NCBI GenBank assembly: GCA_964016885.1
Contig: OZ024740.1
Coordinates: 313,410,001 to 313,474,000 of the forward strand
Direction: 5' to 3'
DNA from: Eledone cirrhosa
Lineage: Eukaryota
Length of the DNA: 64,000 nt
Shown here: piece after piece, positions 40,717 to 54,652 of the stretch
How the letters are laid out: every line of letters begins with the position of its first letter
How positions within the stretch are numbered: position 1 is the stretch's first letter
The notes under the pieces: model-generated
Databases searched by the model: none
Told to the model about the DNA's origin: nothing
The model's input: the letters and a program-made list of their open reading frames with translations, nothing else
Made by a program: the position numbers and the translations under genes

Positions 40717-41960
40717 TTTTTGCATCAGTTCTGGCTCCCTCTGTGCTTTCTAAACTCAAATCTCATCTTCAGTCAACAGAATAAACGGTGATAAGATAGG
40801 ACAGGACCTGGTCCTCTATTGCAAAACCACACAAGAAACATTTTTATGATATACGACCTCAGTAATTTGACGAATATGAACAGAAATAAATTCATTCTAT
40901 GCATTCTTCTTTATTTAAGATTGTGGAGGGAGACATGTTTTGTGGGAGGTTTGGTCATTAGTTTTAGCAGTTCGAATAACTGTAAAGGTTTCCTATGTAG
41001 AACGAGTGGTTTAGAACGAGTGGTTTGAATTGGTGAGGGTATACTTGAATATTTAAAAGAAGTTAAGGTGATTATCATGGCGATATACGTGGCAAAGCGA
41101 AACATCTGTGCATCTGTGAGATTGTAGTGGGAATTTGTTGTTGATCGAATCTTCTCCAATGTTGCACTCTTTTTCTGTATGTTTAACGAAATGAAAATAT
41201 TTCAGGATCTTTAACAAATGTCCTCTTGGATTCGGCTTTCGATACGTTTGTGTATATCTATAGAATGGAACCATAGACAGGACCAGTACTCAATTGTAGA
41301 CCTTACTTCTATGTATGTATGTATGTATGTATGTATGTATGTATGTATGTATGTATGTATGTATGTATGTATGTATCCAATGATGTTGACTTGTTCTTCT
41401 TTTTGGTAAATATCATCTTGGTTAAGAGAGTGGGACTGGCTTTGTGCAGTGCCTTTGCTCACTTATAAAAGCTTCACGGCACAGGCGTTGCTTTATATCT
41501 GGAGATCTCTCTGCACTTGTCGTCACATGGTACCATGGGCCCAGCACTATGTGTCAATAATTGTCACAAGTGTAGTGTTTGTACCAGATATTTCAAGTCG
41601 CTGGCTGGACTAAAAAGTCACACTCGTTCAGCGCATCGGTAGGGGTTCTCCTACATGGATATAAAGTAGTGGCCGTACTCGAAAACGAGTTGGCAGCCAC
41701 CATGTATGTATGTATGTATGTATGTATGTATGTATGTATGTATGTATGTATGTATGTGTGCACGCATGTATGTATATGTCTATGTGTGTATGTATACATG
41801 TATGTATATATGTATGCGTGCGTGTGGGGGGGAGAGGGGTGGTGGTGGCGGAACGCAGATAAAATATCTACTACATTTCAAAGGATCCGAAGTAGACAAA
41901 CAAATAGTAGATTTCTCAGCCAGAATTTGAAGACATATATTCTATATAGAGTATCTCGAA

Positions 41961-42123
41961 CAGTGATGGGCAAACTGTGGCCCGCCAGCCGCATGCGGCC
42001 CATTTGAGTTTCTGAATGGTACGCTTAATTTCAAAATTGCCTTGAATTTTTTAGTAGTGCGGCTCGCCTTATGATGAGCCACATTCTATACGGCTCACTG
42101 CTCGAAAAAGGTTGCCCATACTG
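41961..42123 (+). mobile_element. hAT-type MITE with 8-bp TSD (second copy ~50860-50992, minus)
   Basis: TIR CAGTGATGGGCAA / TTGCCCATACTG; TSD ATCTCGAA / ATCTAGAA. Confidence 0.8.
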
Positions 42124-42191
42124 ATCTAGAATGATGGCCTTAGTTACTGAACTCCTATATTATCATGATATTATTCTCAGTATCATTCTCA

Positions 42192-42378
42192 GTGGATTGG
42201 CAGTATCGGTAGAGGGTGGGACGCCATGCTTTGCAGTAAAGAGTTACGGCCCTTTATGGTTTGAGTTCAAATCCCGCCGAGGTTAACTTTGCCTTTCATC
42301 CTTACAGGGTCGATAAAATAAAGTACCAGTAATGCACTGGAAGAATTGCTGACCTTGTGCCAAAAGTAGAAATAATTA
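42192..42378 (+). mobile_element. SINE, short-tail subfamily
   Basis: SINE consensus lacking the GGGGTCGATTTAATCGAC segment. Confidence 0.85.
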
Positions 42379-42724
42379 TTCTCTGTATACCGATTTTTTG
42401 CCCTCCCTAAATATAAGAAAAACCTACCCCCTCCCCCTAAAAAAAGAGAGAACAAGAAAAATACTGTGGGTTCTCTTACAGAATAATGTCAATGAGGTGG
42501 AGGTTTATATTTTATGAAGGGTGGCAGTGGAAATAACGATGGCAATGGTGATGGGGTTACAGAAAGGGGTTAGTTTGAGAAGATGCGAAAATAATGTAAT
42601 TTGTGTGTGTGGGCGGACAAATATAAATTCCAGATCTAATATTACTTGTAGAAAGAAAGACTTAGCACAGTTTTATTTGTGCTATATATATTAGAAGATG
42701 GCCACTTTGGAGACACTAGCAATG

Positions 42725-43403
42725 CTAGTAGTAGTGGTAGTAGTAGTAGGAGTGGTAGTAGTAGTAGTAGTAGTAGCGGTAGTAGTAGAAGTAATGGTAG
42801 TAGTAGTAGTAGTAGTAGTGGTAGTAGTTATGGTAGTGGTAGTAGTAGTGGTAGTAGTAGAAGTAATGGTAGTGATAGTAGTAGTAGTGGTAGTAGTTAT
42901 GGTGGCAGTGGTAGTAGTAGTGGTGGTAGTAGTAGAAATAGTGGTGGTACTAGTAGTTGTAGTGCTGGTAGTAGTAGTAATAGTAGTAGTAGTGGTGGTG
43001 GTGGTGGTAGTAGTAGTAGTAGTGGTAGTAGTAGCGGTGTTAGTAGTAGAAGTAATGGTAGCGGTAGTAGTAGTAGTTGTTGTTGTGGCAGTGGTAGTAG
43101 TAGTAGTAGTGGTAGTACTAGTAGTAGTGGTAGTAGTAGTTGTAGTGGTGGTAGTAGTAGTAATAGTAGTAGTAGTGGTGGTGATAGTAGTAGTAGTAGT
43201 AGTAGTAGTGGTGATAGTAGTAGAAGTAATGGTAGCGGTAGTAGTAGTAGTAGTAGTAGAGTTAGTAGTGGCAGTGCAGTGCAGTGGTAGTGGTAGTAGA
43301 AGAGGTGGTGGTATTGATAGTAGTAGTAGTAGTTGTGGTGGTAGTAGTAGTAGAAGTAGTGGTAATAGTAGCTGTAGCGGTAGTAGTAGTAATAATAGTA
43401 GTA

Positions 43404-43459
<56 letters not shown>

Positions 43460-43500
43460 GGTGGTAGTAATGGTAGTAGTAGTAGTGGTAGTAGTAAGAA

Positions 43501-43593
<93 letters not shown>

Positions 43594-43594
43594 C

Positions 43595-43650
<56 letters not shown>

Positions 43651-43669
43651 CAGTAGTAGTAGTAGTAGC

Positions 43670-43705
<36 letters not shown>

Positions 43706-43723
43706 GGTGGTAGTAGTAGTAGC

Positions 43724-43771
<48 letters not shown>

Positions 43772-43789
43772 GGTAGTAGTAGTGGTGGC

Positions 43790-43827
<38 letters not shown>

Positions 43828-43925
43828 CAGTAGTAGTAGTAGCAGTAGTAGTAGTAGTAGTAATAGTGGTGGTGGTAGTAGTAGTGGTGGTGGTAGTAGT
43901 AGTGGTTATAGTGGTGGTGGTTGTG
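42725..43925. repeat. Degenerate (GTA/GTG)n trinucleotide tract
   Basis: Direct reading; source of the poly-S/V ORFs. Confidence 0.95.
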
Positions 43926-44999
43926 ATGAGTGTAGTAGTGATACCAATGACGACTACAATTGTTTTGAAGGTAGCTGTGGTTGTAGCGGTGATAATGCTA
44001 ATACATCTGTTAAGTGAAGTGCTAGTGGTGGCTGTCGTTATGGGAGAGATGGTTCTAGTTTGGGCTTTATTTATAGAGATGGTTGTGGCTCTGGTATAGT
44101 GCCAATGATGATAGAAGTGGTATGGGAGTGAAGAATATCTTCAGAAACATGACTGAAACGTTTGATAGGTTTCGGATAATCCACTGGTATAATGGTTATT
44201 CTTTCTATACCAGGGTCTCCCAACATTGATGATATCGCCCATTGGCGGGCGATTTCAATTGTTCGTTGGGCGATGAGCAACTGAACAAAAAATAGTGGGC
44301 GATTCGAAATTTGGGTGAGCAATATAGGATTTTGAGTATAAAGAAGTTATTTCAACATATGCTAGCCGAAAAAGATATTCAAAGGAGATATGCAATAAAT
44401 TTGTAAAAAAAAACAACAAACAAATAAACAAAAACAAGAACAAAAACAAACAGGAGCTTACACAGGAATAACTGGGTCACATTCCTAGATAATATAAATA
44501 CAACCCCACAATGAACATTTTGGTATTTTCTAGAGTTTTGAGAAGGGTCATTGACATTCAAATAGTTCTTCGGACGAAATAACATTTAAAAAAATATAAA
44601 TCAGATAGGGAAAATCAAAAACAATTTTGCCAGTGCCAGTAAAATTAAAAAGTGACCCCAGGATAATCTCACCAATACCGCCATCACCGAGAGATCACAC
44701 ATAAATTTCACACAAGTGATGGCTTTTAAGAACTCTGACGACAAGGAGGCACGGATGGCAATATTAGACAAAATATGAGAATCCCAAGATGGGATCAGTT
44801 CACAGCTCAAAGCACATGCTCATACAAACAGACACCTACTTTAAGTTGTATTGTATTCTCGTAGTTGTGTTCTCGTAGTTGTTGATTATTGAAAATGGAC
44901 TTCGAGTAACAATATAACTTGTTGAACGAACATTTTGTTATTTATTGTTCCTACCATTTCCTTTGTGTATTGAACGGCTTTTAGACACTCCAATGTCTC

Positions 45000-45570
45000 C
45001 ATTTAAGAAAGATTGTCGTTAATATAGCATCGTTTACTTATCTTATGTGTTTATCGTTTCTCCTTAGCGCAGTCAATTAACTCAGTGTCTTATGTGCATC
45101 CAAACTTTAAGCAATGAAACCAACGAACCTTCACGCTTAAACCACCATTTATATTCTAAGCTGGCTGATCACAAGGAAAAGCCTTTGCCATATTTCTTAC
45201 AAATTAAAACCTCATTCGAAAAGCGAAAAACGTTGATCTCGGAATTTCAGAAAGCCAGGATAACACAGCATTACTGGTCGCAAATACCGATAAGTCTGAC
45301 ACTATAAGAGAAACATTACTTTGACCTGTTATTGAAGAAGCTATCTCGACTGTAATGCATAAAAAGCCTGACACAATTATCAAGACAATTCCACTTAGTA
45401 ATAACACAATTTCTCGACGTATAAATAAAATGGCCACCGACGTTAAGCATCAACTCATCTATAATCTCCAGAGTTATACATTTTCCATACAAGTTGATGA
45501 ATCAACAGTTGTGGGAAGTCAATGTTTGATGATGGTGTATGTTCATTTAAAAAAAATGAAAATGTGAAAT
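45000..45570 (+). pseudogene. hAT (Buster/Charlie, ZBED5/8-like) transposase remnant
   Basis: CLMCIQTLSNE..PSRL.HHL (BED finger-like) and IPLSNNTISRRI.KMA.DV...FSIQVDEST motifs, with frameshifts. Confidence 0.8.
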
Positions 45571-45903
45571 GCTGTTGATTGATCAATTGAGTACGTCTAT
45601 TATAGATTTATTGAAGCTATTTTTTAATGAGCATAATTTTGCTACTATATCTAAAAGTTTCTTAGTTGGCTAGTTGTTGTTGTTAATGTTGCTATTGTTT
45701 TCACACAGGTCAGTTTTGATCGAGGGGAACTTTACTGAAAGGCACCCCAGCCATGACAATTCCATTATCCAACAGGAGCCTTTTCTAGTAGAAGTAGTAG
45801 TAATAGTAATAGTAGTAATAGTATAAATAGTAGCAGAAGTAGTGGTAGTAGTAGTGGTAACAGTAGTAGTAGTAGAAGTAGTAGTAGTAGTAGCATTAGT
45901 AGT

Positions 45904-45983
<80 letters not shown>

Positions 45984-45996
45984 CATTAGTAGTAGC

Positions 45997-46037
<41 letters not shown>

Positions 46038-46231
46038 AATTGCATTATAGGTTTAGCTTTTATGGTCACGAAAGCAATGGTGGAAGTCACAGGAGATTGT
46101 GAAATACTTATACACATGCATGCGCCTGCGCGTAGATATGCGCATGCGTGTTGCGTGTTTACAGCAAGTCGTAATAGTGATGGTGCTAACAGTTCTGACG
46201 CGTTGTTGCCATTGTTTATTATTGCTGTTAA

Positions 46232-46326
<95 letters not shown>

Positions 46327-46329
46327 TAC

Positions 46330-46377
<48 letters not shown>

Positions 46378-46424
46378 ATATCTGTGTGTATGTGTGAGTG
46401 TGTGCATATGTATATATGTATGCA

Positions 46425-46482
<58 letters not shown>

Positions 46483-46485
46483 TGC

Positions 46486-46530
<45 letters not shown>

Positions 46531-46594
46531 CCTGTGTATATATTGTGTATATCATATGTGTGTCTGTGTGCGCGTGCGTGTGTGTGTGTACGTG

Positions 46595-46658
<64 letters not shown>

Positions 46659-46750
46659 TATATACAGACACGTACACACACACGCACGCGCACACAGACA
46701 CACATATGATATACACAATATATACACAGGCACACACACACATATATGCA

Positions 46751-46782
<32 letters not shown>

Positions 46783-46862
46783 AATATGTATATATACATA
46801 TATGCATACATATATACATATGCACACACTCACACATACACACAGACACACACACAAACAGC

Positions 46863-46912
<50 letters not shown>

Positions 46913-47316
46913 CACATATATATATACACATATATATATATATATATATAGGTTAGGGATCCTTGACCTCCGATCTCTTACAGTGAGCCTCACGTATACA
47001 GTCTTTCTTCCTCTCTCTTTTCTCCATTCTGTCTGGCTGACTGTCTTAATTGACTTCTCTCTTACTTCACACTTCAACCACTTGAGTGACATGTAGCTAA
47101 GGTGGAAGGAGTGTAGGTTGTAAGACTACTGGTATGTCACGTTTGGCTTGGGATGGGCTGGGTAGATGGCGAGATGTGTGTGGAGGTCGTATACTTTTAT
47201 TTATTGTATTGTAATGTTCCACATAACTAATGTTTTGATTTCATCATAATAAACAGATACACATATATACATGTGATAGATTCACAGAGAATATATGCAT
47301 GGTGTACATGCATTAT

Positions 47317-47441
<125 letters not shown>

Positions 47442-47596
47442 CACATATGTAAATATCAGATAGGGTGTGGTAAAAACCAGCTAGACCACAACCCACCAGG
47501 GTATTTGATATTTGAGGTAGTAGAGTGGGTAAAATGAAAAGATTCAGAACCCCGACGGCTGAGCTCCGGCCATTTCGACAGCTAGATTCGAACATG

Positions 47597-48145
47597 CAGG
47601 GTCATTCTACTTACATAGTTTAAAGAGGTTGTTTGCATAATTGCAAATGAATCGAATATTATTATTGATATTCGAAAAACTCAGATTTACATTTCATGTA
47701 GAGCGATAAAACTATTTGTTAGTTATTTCACTATGGCAAAGCCGGCCATTAATCGCTCGTATACATAAAACTTGACTGGCCTATCTGCTGATATGCAAAT
47801 CTGGCTGATCAGTGGGTCAGCTAATATGCAGATCTGACCGATGAAACAGTCTGCTAATATGCAAATCAGGTCGATCAGTCACTGTAAATATCATATATTT
47901 TCACTAGCTCTGATAGTTGTAAGGTAAGCAGTATACGGTACTAATGAAGGGTAATAACACAGAAACATTAGTGCCTACCGTTGGTTTATATGCCAACACA
48001 AGAGCAAGAATGACGGAGTCATTCTACTGACATGGCTTAAAGAGGATGTATGCATAGTTGCAGATGAATCGAAGATTATTATTAATATTCGAAAAACTCA
48101 GATTTACATTTCTTGTATTCAGCCAAGTAGAGTGATAAAACTATT
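47597..48145 (+). mobile_element. Non-coding ~420-bp unit, 1.3x tandem, with degenerate HHR and octamer repeats
   Basis: 47600-47715 is repeated at ~48017-48145 and at 7483-7625; HHR-like CGGTA-CTAATGA...GAAA-CATTAGTG-CC/TACCG at 47936-47980. Confidence 0.6.
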
Positions 48146-48344
48146 TATATATATATATTCATATATATATGTAATGCATACATTCCATATGTATATCTCT
48201 ATGAATCTAACAGGGTTTGAAATAAGCGGGAGGGAGGTGGATAATCGGTAATTTTTTTAATTTGTCTCCGTTGAATTTTCTTAAAACCAGAATTAGTCGT
48301 TTAGTTTAATTTGACATTTGGATGTTAATTCTCTCTGAATAATG

Positions 48345-48765
48345 GGATCTGATTTAGGCACAAGACCAACAAATTTGGATGGAAGTGAAAATCGATTAAA
48401 TCAACCCCAGTGCGTTACTGGTACTTTATTTTGTCGACTCCGTAAGGATGAAAGGCAAAGCTAACCTCGGTGGAATTTGAATTCAGAACGTAAAGGGACG
48501 TAACTCTATGCCACAAAGCATGTTGTCAGATGCTCCACCGATTCTGTCAATCCACCGCCTTAATTCTTTCTGAATAATAATAATTGTTTCTACGTTTGGC
48601 ACAAGGCCAGCAATTATCCCAGCGCATTACTGGTACTTTATTTTATCGATCCCACGAGGATGAAAGGCAAATTTAACTTCGACGGAATTTGAACTCAAAC
48701 CTTAAAGGGCCGTAACTCTATGCTGCAAAGCATGGCGTCCGACCCTCTACCGATACTGCCAATCC
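48345..48765 (-). mobile_element. Two tandem SINE copies
   Basis: SINE consensus on the minus strand. Confidence 0.85.
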
Positions 48766-48989
48766 AAATAAAATAATTTATTTTTATTTGGTTGAACATA
48801 CAGAAAAAGAAAGCAGTATTGAAAAGGACTACAAATGCCATAAATGAGAGGAAAAGGTGAGGAACAGCATGGACTAATCGACAAAGGAAGAAAATAAGAG
48901 AGAAGGGGATAGGGTGACAGGCTCTACACCTAAATCAAACGTTGTTTTGGCTGCACCCCGCGAACAAAATGGAAAAGACATTTCCGCGG

Positions 48990-49195
48990 AAAAAAATGGC
49001 AAAGTAATTTCCGCGGGCAATGGTCGGCGATAACTGCTGCAACATCCACCCCTCTTTGTGAGACTCTTTCCTCAGACGGGCTGCTATCGATCCAATTTTA
49101 CGGAGGATATCAGCTATCTGGGGTACAAGGACGCCTGAGGTCTCGAGGGTGACCAGTGCAAAGAGGAAACGGCCGGACAAGCTCCGGTATTTGTT
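48990..49195 (-). pseudogene. CRE-like RLE non-LTR 3' fragment
   Basis: NKYRSLSGRFLFALVTLETSGVL...MLQQLSPTIARGN. Confidence 0.65.
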
Positions 49196-49209
49196 TATTA
49201 TTGTCATCA

Positions 49210-49420
49210 GGACCCCATATGTGACTACCCACATCCTTGAGGGATGAATACAAGGGAAAAGGGCCAGGGGACGGTAGAAAAGGAGATGGACGGATGATAT
49301 TAAGGAATGGACAGGGAGGAGTTTGGCGGAATGTACGGCAATAGCAAGAGACAGGAAAATATGGTAAGTGATGGTCCATGAGTCCATGAATCCCGACCCT
49401 CAGATATGAGGATGAGATGA
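49210..49420 (+). pseudogene. RTE-clade LINE 3' end
   Basis: ILEG.IQGKRARGR.KRRWTDDIKEWTG...ARDRKIW. Confidence 0.75.
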
Positions 49421-49650
49421 GGCGTAGGTGTAATAAAATAAACCCTCGCCATAATATTTCTTCTGAATATAAGCAGAGGAGTATAGAAAGACTGTAAAAT
49501 ACAGTTTTGATTTTCCCAGCGTCACGCCAATTAAATGACATAAACTGCCTGATATATGTCTCATTCTTTACTGGAGGCTGTTCAATGGAGGTGGAGGTGG
49601 AGGTTGATAGAGGTAGGTGGGAGTAGATGGGTAGATACATACAGAAGATA

Positions 49651-49726
<76 letters not shown>

Positions 49727-49821
49727 TCATAACCCCCACTGCTATTACTACTACTAGTACTAGAACCACCACCGCCACGACCATTACTACCAACACCACA
49801 ACCGCTACTACTACTACTACC

Positions 49822-49894
<73 letters not shown>

Positions 49895-49972
49895 TCATAA
49901 CCCCCACTGCTATTACTACTACTAGTACTAGGACCACCACCGCCACCACCATTACTACCACCACCACAACCG

Positions 49973-50030
<58 letters not shown>

Positions 50031-50031
50031 A

Positions 50032-50084
<53 letters not shown>

Positions 50085-50124
50085 AACCACCATCACCACT
50101 ACTACTACTACTACTACTAGTACA

Positions 50125-50219
<95 letters not shown>
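49651..50219. repeat. (CTA)n/(CCA)n tract with internal duplication
   Basis: Direct reading. Confidence 0.95.
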
Positions 50220-51702
50220 CGTATCTAAATATTCCATGTTACATACGTAGCTAACATACATTCAAAAGAACGTATCACCACTTCAGTGTTTTATGAGGAA
50301 TGTAAAACATTTTACATTCTTCCAAGTACGATATTTCGTTATACGGTATTAAATTATGAATATTTGCTTCTGTGACAACACTATAGGAAATATATCTTGA
50401 ATGTCACGAACGGATTCGATGGATTGGCAGGAATCGGTAGAGCGTCGGACAACATGCTTTTAGGTATTAAGTTGCGTCCCTTTACGTTCTGAGTTCAAAT
50501 ACCGCCTACGTTAATTTTTACTTTCATACTTATGGGGTCGATAAAATAAAGTACCAGTAATGCATCATTAAATTAATGAATATTCGCTTCTGTGACAACA
50601 CTATATGAATCATATCTTATTGAATGTACGAAAGGTTCGGTGGATTGGCAGTAATCGGTAGAGCCTAAATCAGAATCCATTGAATGTCACGAAAACGCAA
50701 GGTCTCAAGCCAGCGAGAAAGCCTTCTACGTGGACTTCGTAACAGTTTAAATTCACACTCATGAAGAAGCATTGTCTTGATTACTGCTATGGAGATTCTC
50801 TTATTGAGTTGTCTGGGAAGATTTGAGGACCTGTGTATGCTTTATGTCAGATATGGGCTCCCTTTACTAGCTGTGGGCCGCATAATATGTAGCTCATCAT
50901 AAGGCGGGTCCCACTACTAAATGATTCAAGGCAATTTTGAAATTAAGCGTGCCACTCAGAAAGTCAAACGGGCCGCAGTTTACTCATGCTTGTTTTATGT
51001 CATTAAGCGATTTCCTGACAAAGCCTCAACACACCTTGGTGTCTTTTTTCTGAATTCTCCATGAATGATCCAAGTTTCATAGAATTAGAAACATGCTTGA
51101 GAAAAGCACCTTCACAGGTCTTTAGTAGCTCATGATAAATTACGTGTTTCATCTTCTTGGCTACGAGTATAGCATTCACTTCTACTCTTGACTATCTATC
51201 TGTGATTCATTCGAAAGCGAAGCTAAATCTGAGGTAAAATCCGGATCAGTTAGTATCACCAACCCAACCTGCTTAGTCGTTCTACGTGCAATAGCGGAAC
51301 TCAGTTCCTCACCATCTACTTCATGCCCAGAAGCATAATTCTATACCATTACAAAGGAGCCACAATTAGTCACCTTGTAGAACCCCTGCATGAGGCTGAA
51401 ACATTTTGGGTTTACCGTCCGGTGTTATGTGAATCTTGATATATCGTTGCTACGATTCGAAATTAAGTATCGCCGTACACGAGTCATATTATTTGACTTG
51501 CAAAATAACAGAAATTGACCGCTTAACTGCATATGCAATTAACCGGACGATTATTCATAAATTTGATATTAAATGGTTTAGTGTTTTGAAATATACAACA
51601 ATCTGGTATGAAAATATGTGGAATCGTCTCCCACTTTCTCCGCCTCCGCTTTCTCTCTCAATATATAAATATATTTATTTATATAATAATCATACCCCCC
51701 CC

Positions 51703-51822
<120 letters not shown>

Positions 51823-53479
51823 ATATGTTACATGTATGTTATGTGTGTATACGATCGGAACATATATGTTGAATATCAGTGTAGAAGTGTTTATCTATAT
51901 TGATACCCAGAACATGGAATTAATTAGAAAGTTTCATTGAAGCTGAAGGTTATGCCAGATTTTAATCTTGATGGCCAAAACATATAAACATTGACAAACA
52001 ACAACATTAAAAACAACATCAAAAACATTTGCTCTACTTTGAAAACATGTTATTTTTCTTACATTCTTCAATATACTTAATAACTATTAAAATATTTTGA
52101 GAGTAAATAGAAAGCGAAATACATTATAGAAATACCGATATCTTTTTTTTTCCCGAGTAATGGTGCAGTAAATGTTTCCTTAAAACGGCAACCATGGGAC
52201 TTAAGATGCTGTTATTGTGAATTTTCCGTTGACTAGGAATTTTTTGTAACAAATCTATTCCGTAAATAAAGGATAAGGATGTATAGTAAATAAAAATATA
52301 AAGATACGGTATATGGAATATTACTTTATTAGCTACTAAATGTACAATAAGTAAGTAATTTAGGCAAAAAAAAAAAAAAAAATACAAAATCTTAAAAAAT
52401 AGTATTTCCAAAATGGCGGAAGCGGACGTAAACAACTTAACACGCAACGTTGCTGGTAGTTTACTTTAAGCTACAATAATTTTCTAAAGTGCTTTTAGCT
52501 TGAATTTTTCGTTATTGTGGACGCTGTTATTTTGTATGTTTACTTCTGTTTGATTAAATAAATAACTTTGCGATCACTTAGTTAAGAGCTTGTTTATTCA
52601 TTTGAATGGAGACATCAGTGTAATTTACTTTCAAGTAGGAAATTTGATATAACGACAGAAACCATATGGCTTTTCAGGTATTTCTACATACAGATTTGAG
52701 TGATATACTTCTTAATTTGTATCAGCGATTACATAAACTATTAAGGAGGTTTCGTATCGAGTTGATAACCCTATCCGTATAAATCATTACTACTATACAA
52801 ATCAAGCTGTCCTTTAGACATTTGTATGCTGAATAAAAGAACTATGTATTCGTTTATCTGTATTAAAAGTCAGATGTAAACAGATTGAATAAAATCCAGT
52901 ATATTGCTGGTACTTAATTTATAAACCAGGAAAGATGAAAGGCATTATCTCTGTTTTGAGGCTCCGTTATAATCCATCCACATCTAGGCTACTTTATAGG
53001 AATATTAAATCGACTCTAGTATTTTACTATATTTTATCAACGCTAAAATGCTGAAAGCCGAAGGTGATATCGGCGGTATTTGAACTCAGATTGTAACGTG
53101 CCGTAACCAAATACTGGAGGCATTTAGTGGCTAGATAATATATTATGGAGTAGTTTTGAGTTTATTTTGACCTGCCACACCCAAGGCATGGTTGAAAAGA
53201 TAAAGATAAGGACAAATTCATTGTGCCTTTTGAAATCGTTCATAGGTTGAATCCTAAGAGTGTTTTACAGATTTTGAAGGTTCCAGATATTGCGACCACT
53301 TGTAGCTTTTGAATTGATAAGTTGCGTTCTTTATCCACAAGTCCAAGTTCAGTCATACTTTAGTTCAGGCGGGTTGGTATATATTCTATAGCTCCGGTGA
53401 TAATAGGTGGGAAACTGAACGTATATCTTGGGTACTGGATGTGAAAACTCCCCATCAATGGTCCATTGATATCCTCATT

Positions 53480-53760
53480 CTCTTGTATGTTTTTGTACTG
53501 ACATCTACAACGGCTCATGTTTTTAATGTTTCGTCCCAAACCACAATATCAGACAGGTTATGTTTTAATTTGGTGACAGTTTTTAATTTTAGGTTCCACC
53601 TATATCTTTTTGAGTCATCAGTCTCAACATATTCCTTCCTATTTAATATTTTCGTTTATCGTTGTGCATCCCAGATTGTTCATGAAAAGGTGGCAATAAT
53701 GTGGCTAACATTTTCAGTCTTTGTTTTGCACGGCCTACATTAACGGTCAGCTGATGACTT
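53480..53760 (-). pseudogene. RLE non-LTR (R4/Dong-like) zinc-knuckle and endonuclease remnant
   Basis: Minus strand CRPCKTKTENVSHIIA followed by NLSDIVVWD..LKT*AVVDVS (PD..D motif). Confidence 0.55.
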
Positions 53761-54540
53761 TCCTCTTTTGTGCAGTAGGTGGAGATTTCTTGTTTTATGG
53801 TTGCACGGTGGGGTGTTATGAATTTGTCAGAACTCTATGTCAGATTTTAGTATGTATATATGTATGATAAAGTACCAGATTGGTGACTGCCGCGAACAAG
53901 ATCACAGAAACTGCAACTAGAATATGGTCTTTCGCACAGGTTAATAGGAGGCACGTTCAGACCTTAGGTAGAGGGGCCTGTTCGAAAAATATATTGCAGT
54001 CTTCTTTTCATGCTGCAAAAACTGGCGATGGGCCTGCGACCTGTACTGGGAGGCGTAGGATGGATGCACAGATATTGCATATCCCGAGACCTCAAAGAGG
54101 GTTTGGAAGGGAGCAAACCGTGAGAAGTATTTTCTTCTATTTTCTACCCATCACAATAAGCTTAAAAATAACAAAGCTACAATGTTTTAAACGCTAGACG
54201 AAATAGTGGGATAGTAATATAACTGAAAAATGTGCGTAGAAGTAACGGATATTTTGTAGGCTGTAGACCAGAAATATATATAATGCACAACTTTTCAAAT
54301 GCCAGAAGAGACCCTTCTTTTAGATACGCTGTCTTAAACATAAGCTCAAGATTTAAATCACAATGTAGTAGATGATTTTATAGCCCCAAATTTCCCATTC
54401 ATCTACAATTCACATCTTTCTAAATGCCCGAAGAGACCCTTCTTTTAGATACGCTGTCTTAAACATAATAAGCTCAACATTTAAATCACAATGTGTGGTT
54501 AGTGTTAGTAGATGATTTTATAACCTCAAATTCCACACCT

Positions 54541-54652
54541 TTCTTCTTCTTCTTCTTCTTCTTCTTCTTCTTCTTCTTCTTCTTCTTCTTCTTCTTCTTC
54601 TTCTTCTTCTTCTTCTTCTTCTTCTTCTTCTTCTTCTTCTTCTTCTTCTTCT
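54541..54652. repeat. (TTC)n microsatellite
   Basis: Direct reading. Confidence 0.97.

Noticed and set aside
42679-44099. Long Ser/Gly/Val-rich ORFs (203-439 aa)
   Set aside because: Translations of a degenerate (GTA/GTG)n tract with no non-repetitive coding context
49627-50250. Thr-rich mucin-like ORF
   Set aside because: (CTA)n microsatellite; no signal peptide or splice context
53880-54197. ORF with LHIPRPQRGFG resembling a LINE LY.P...GG.G motif
   Set aside because: Single weak motif, opposite strand to the adjacent RLE remnant
54285-54535. ~127-bp direct repeat as an LTR pair
   Set aside because: Adjacent tandem duplication with no internal region or TG..CA ends
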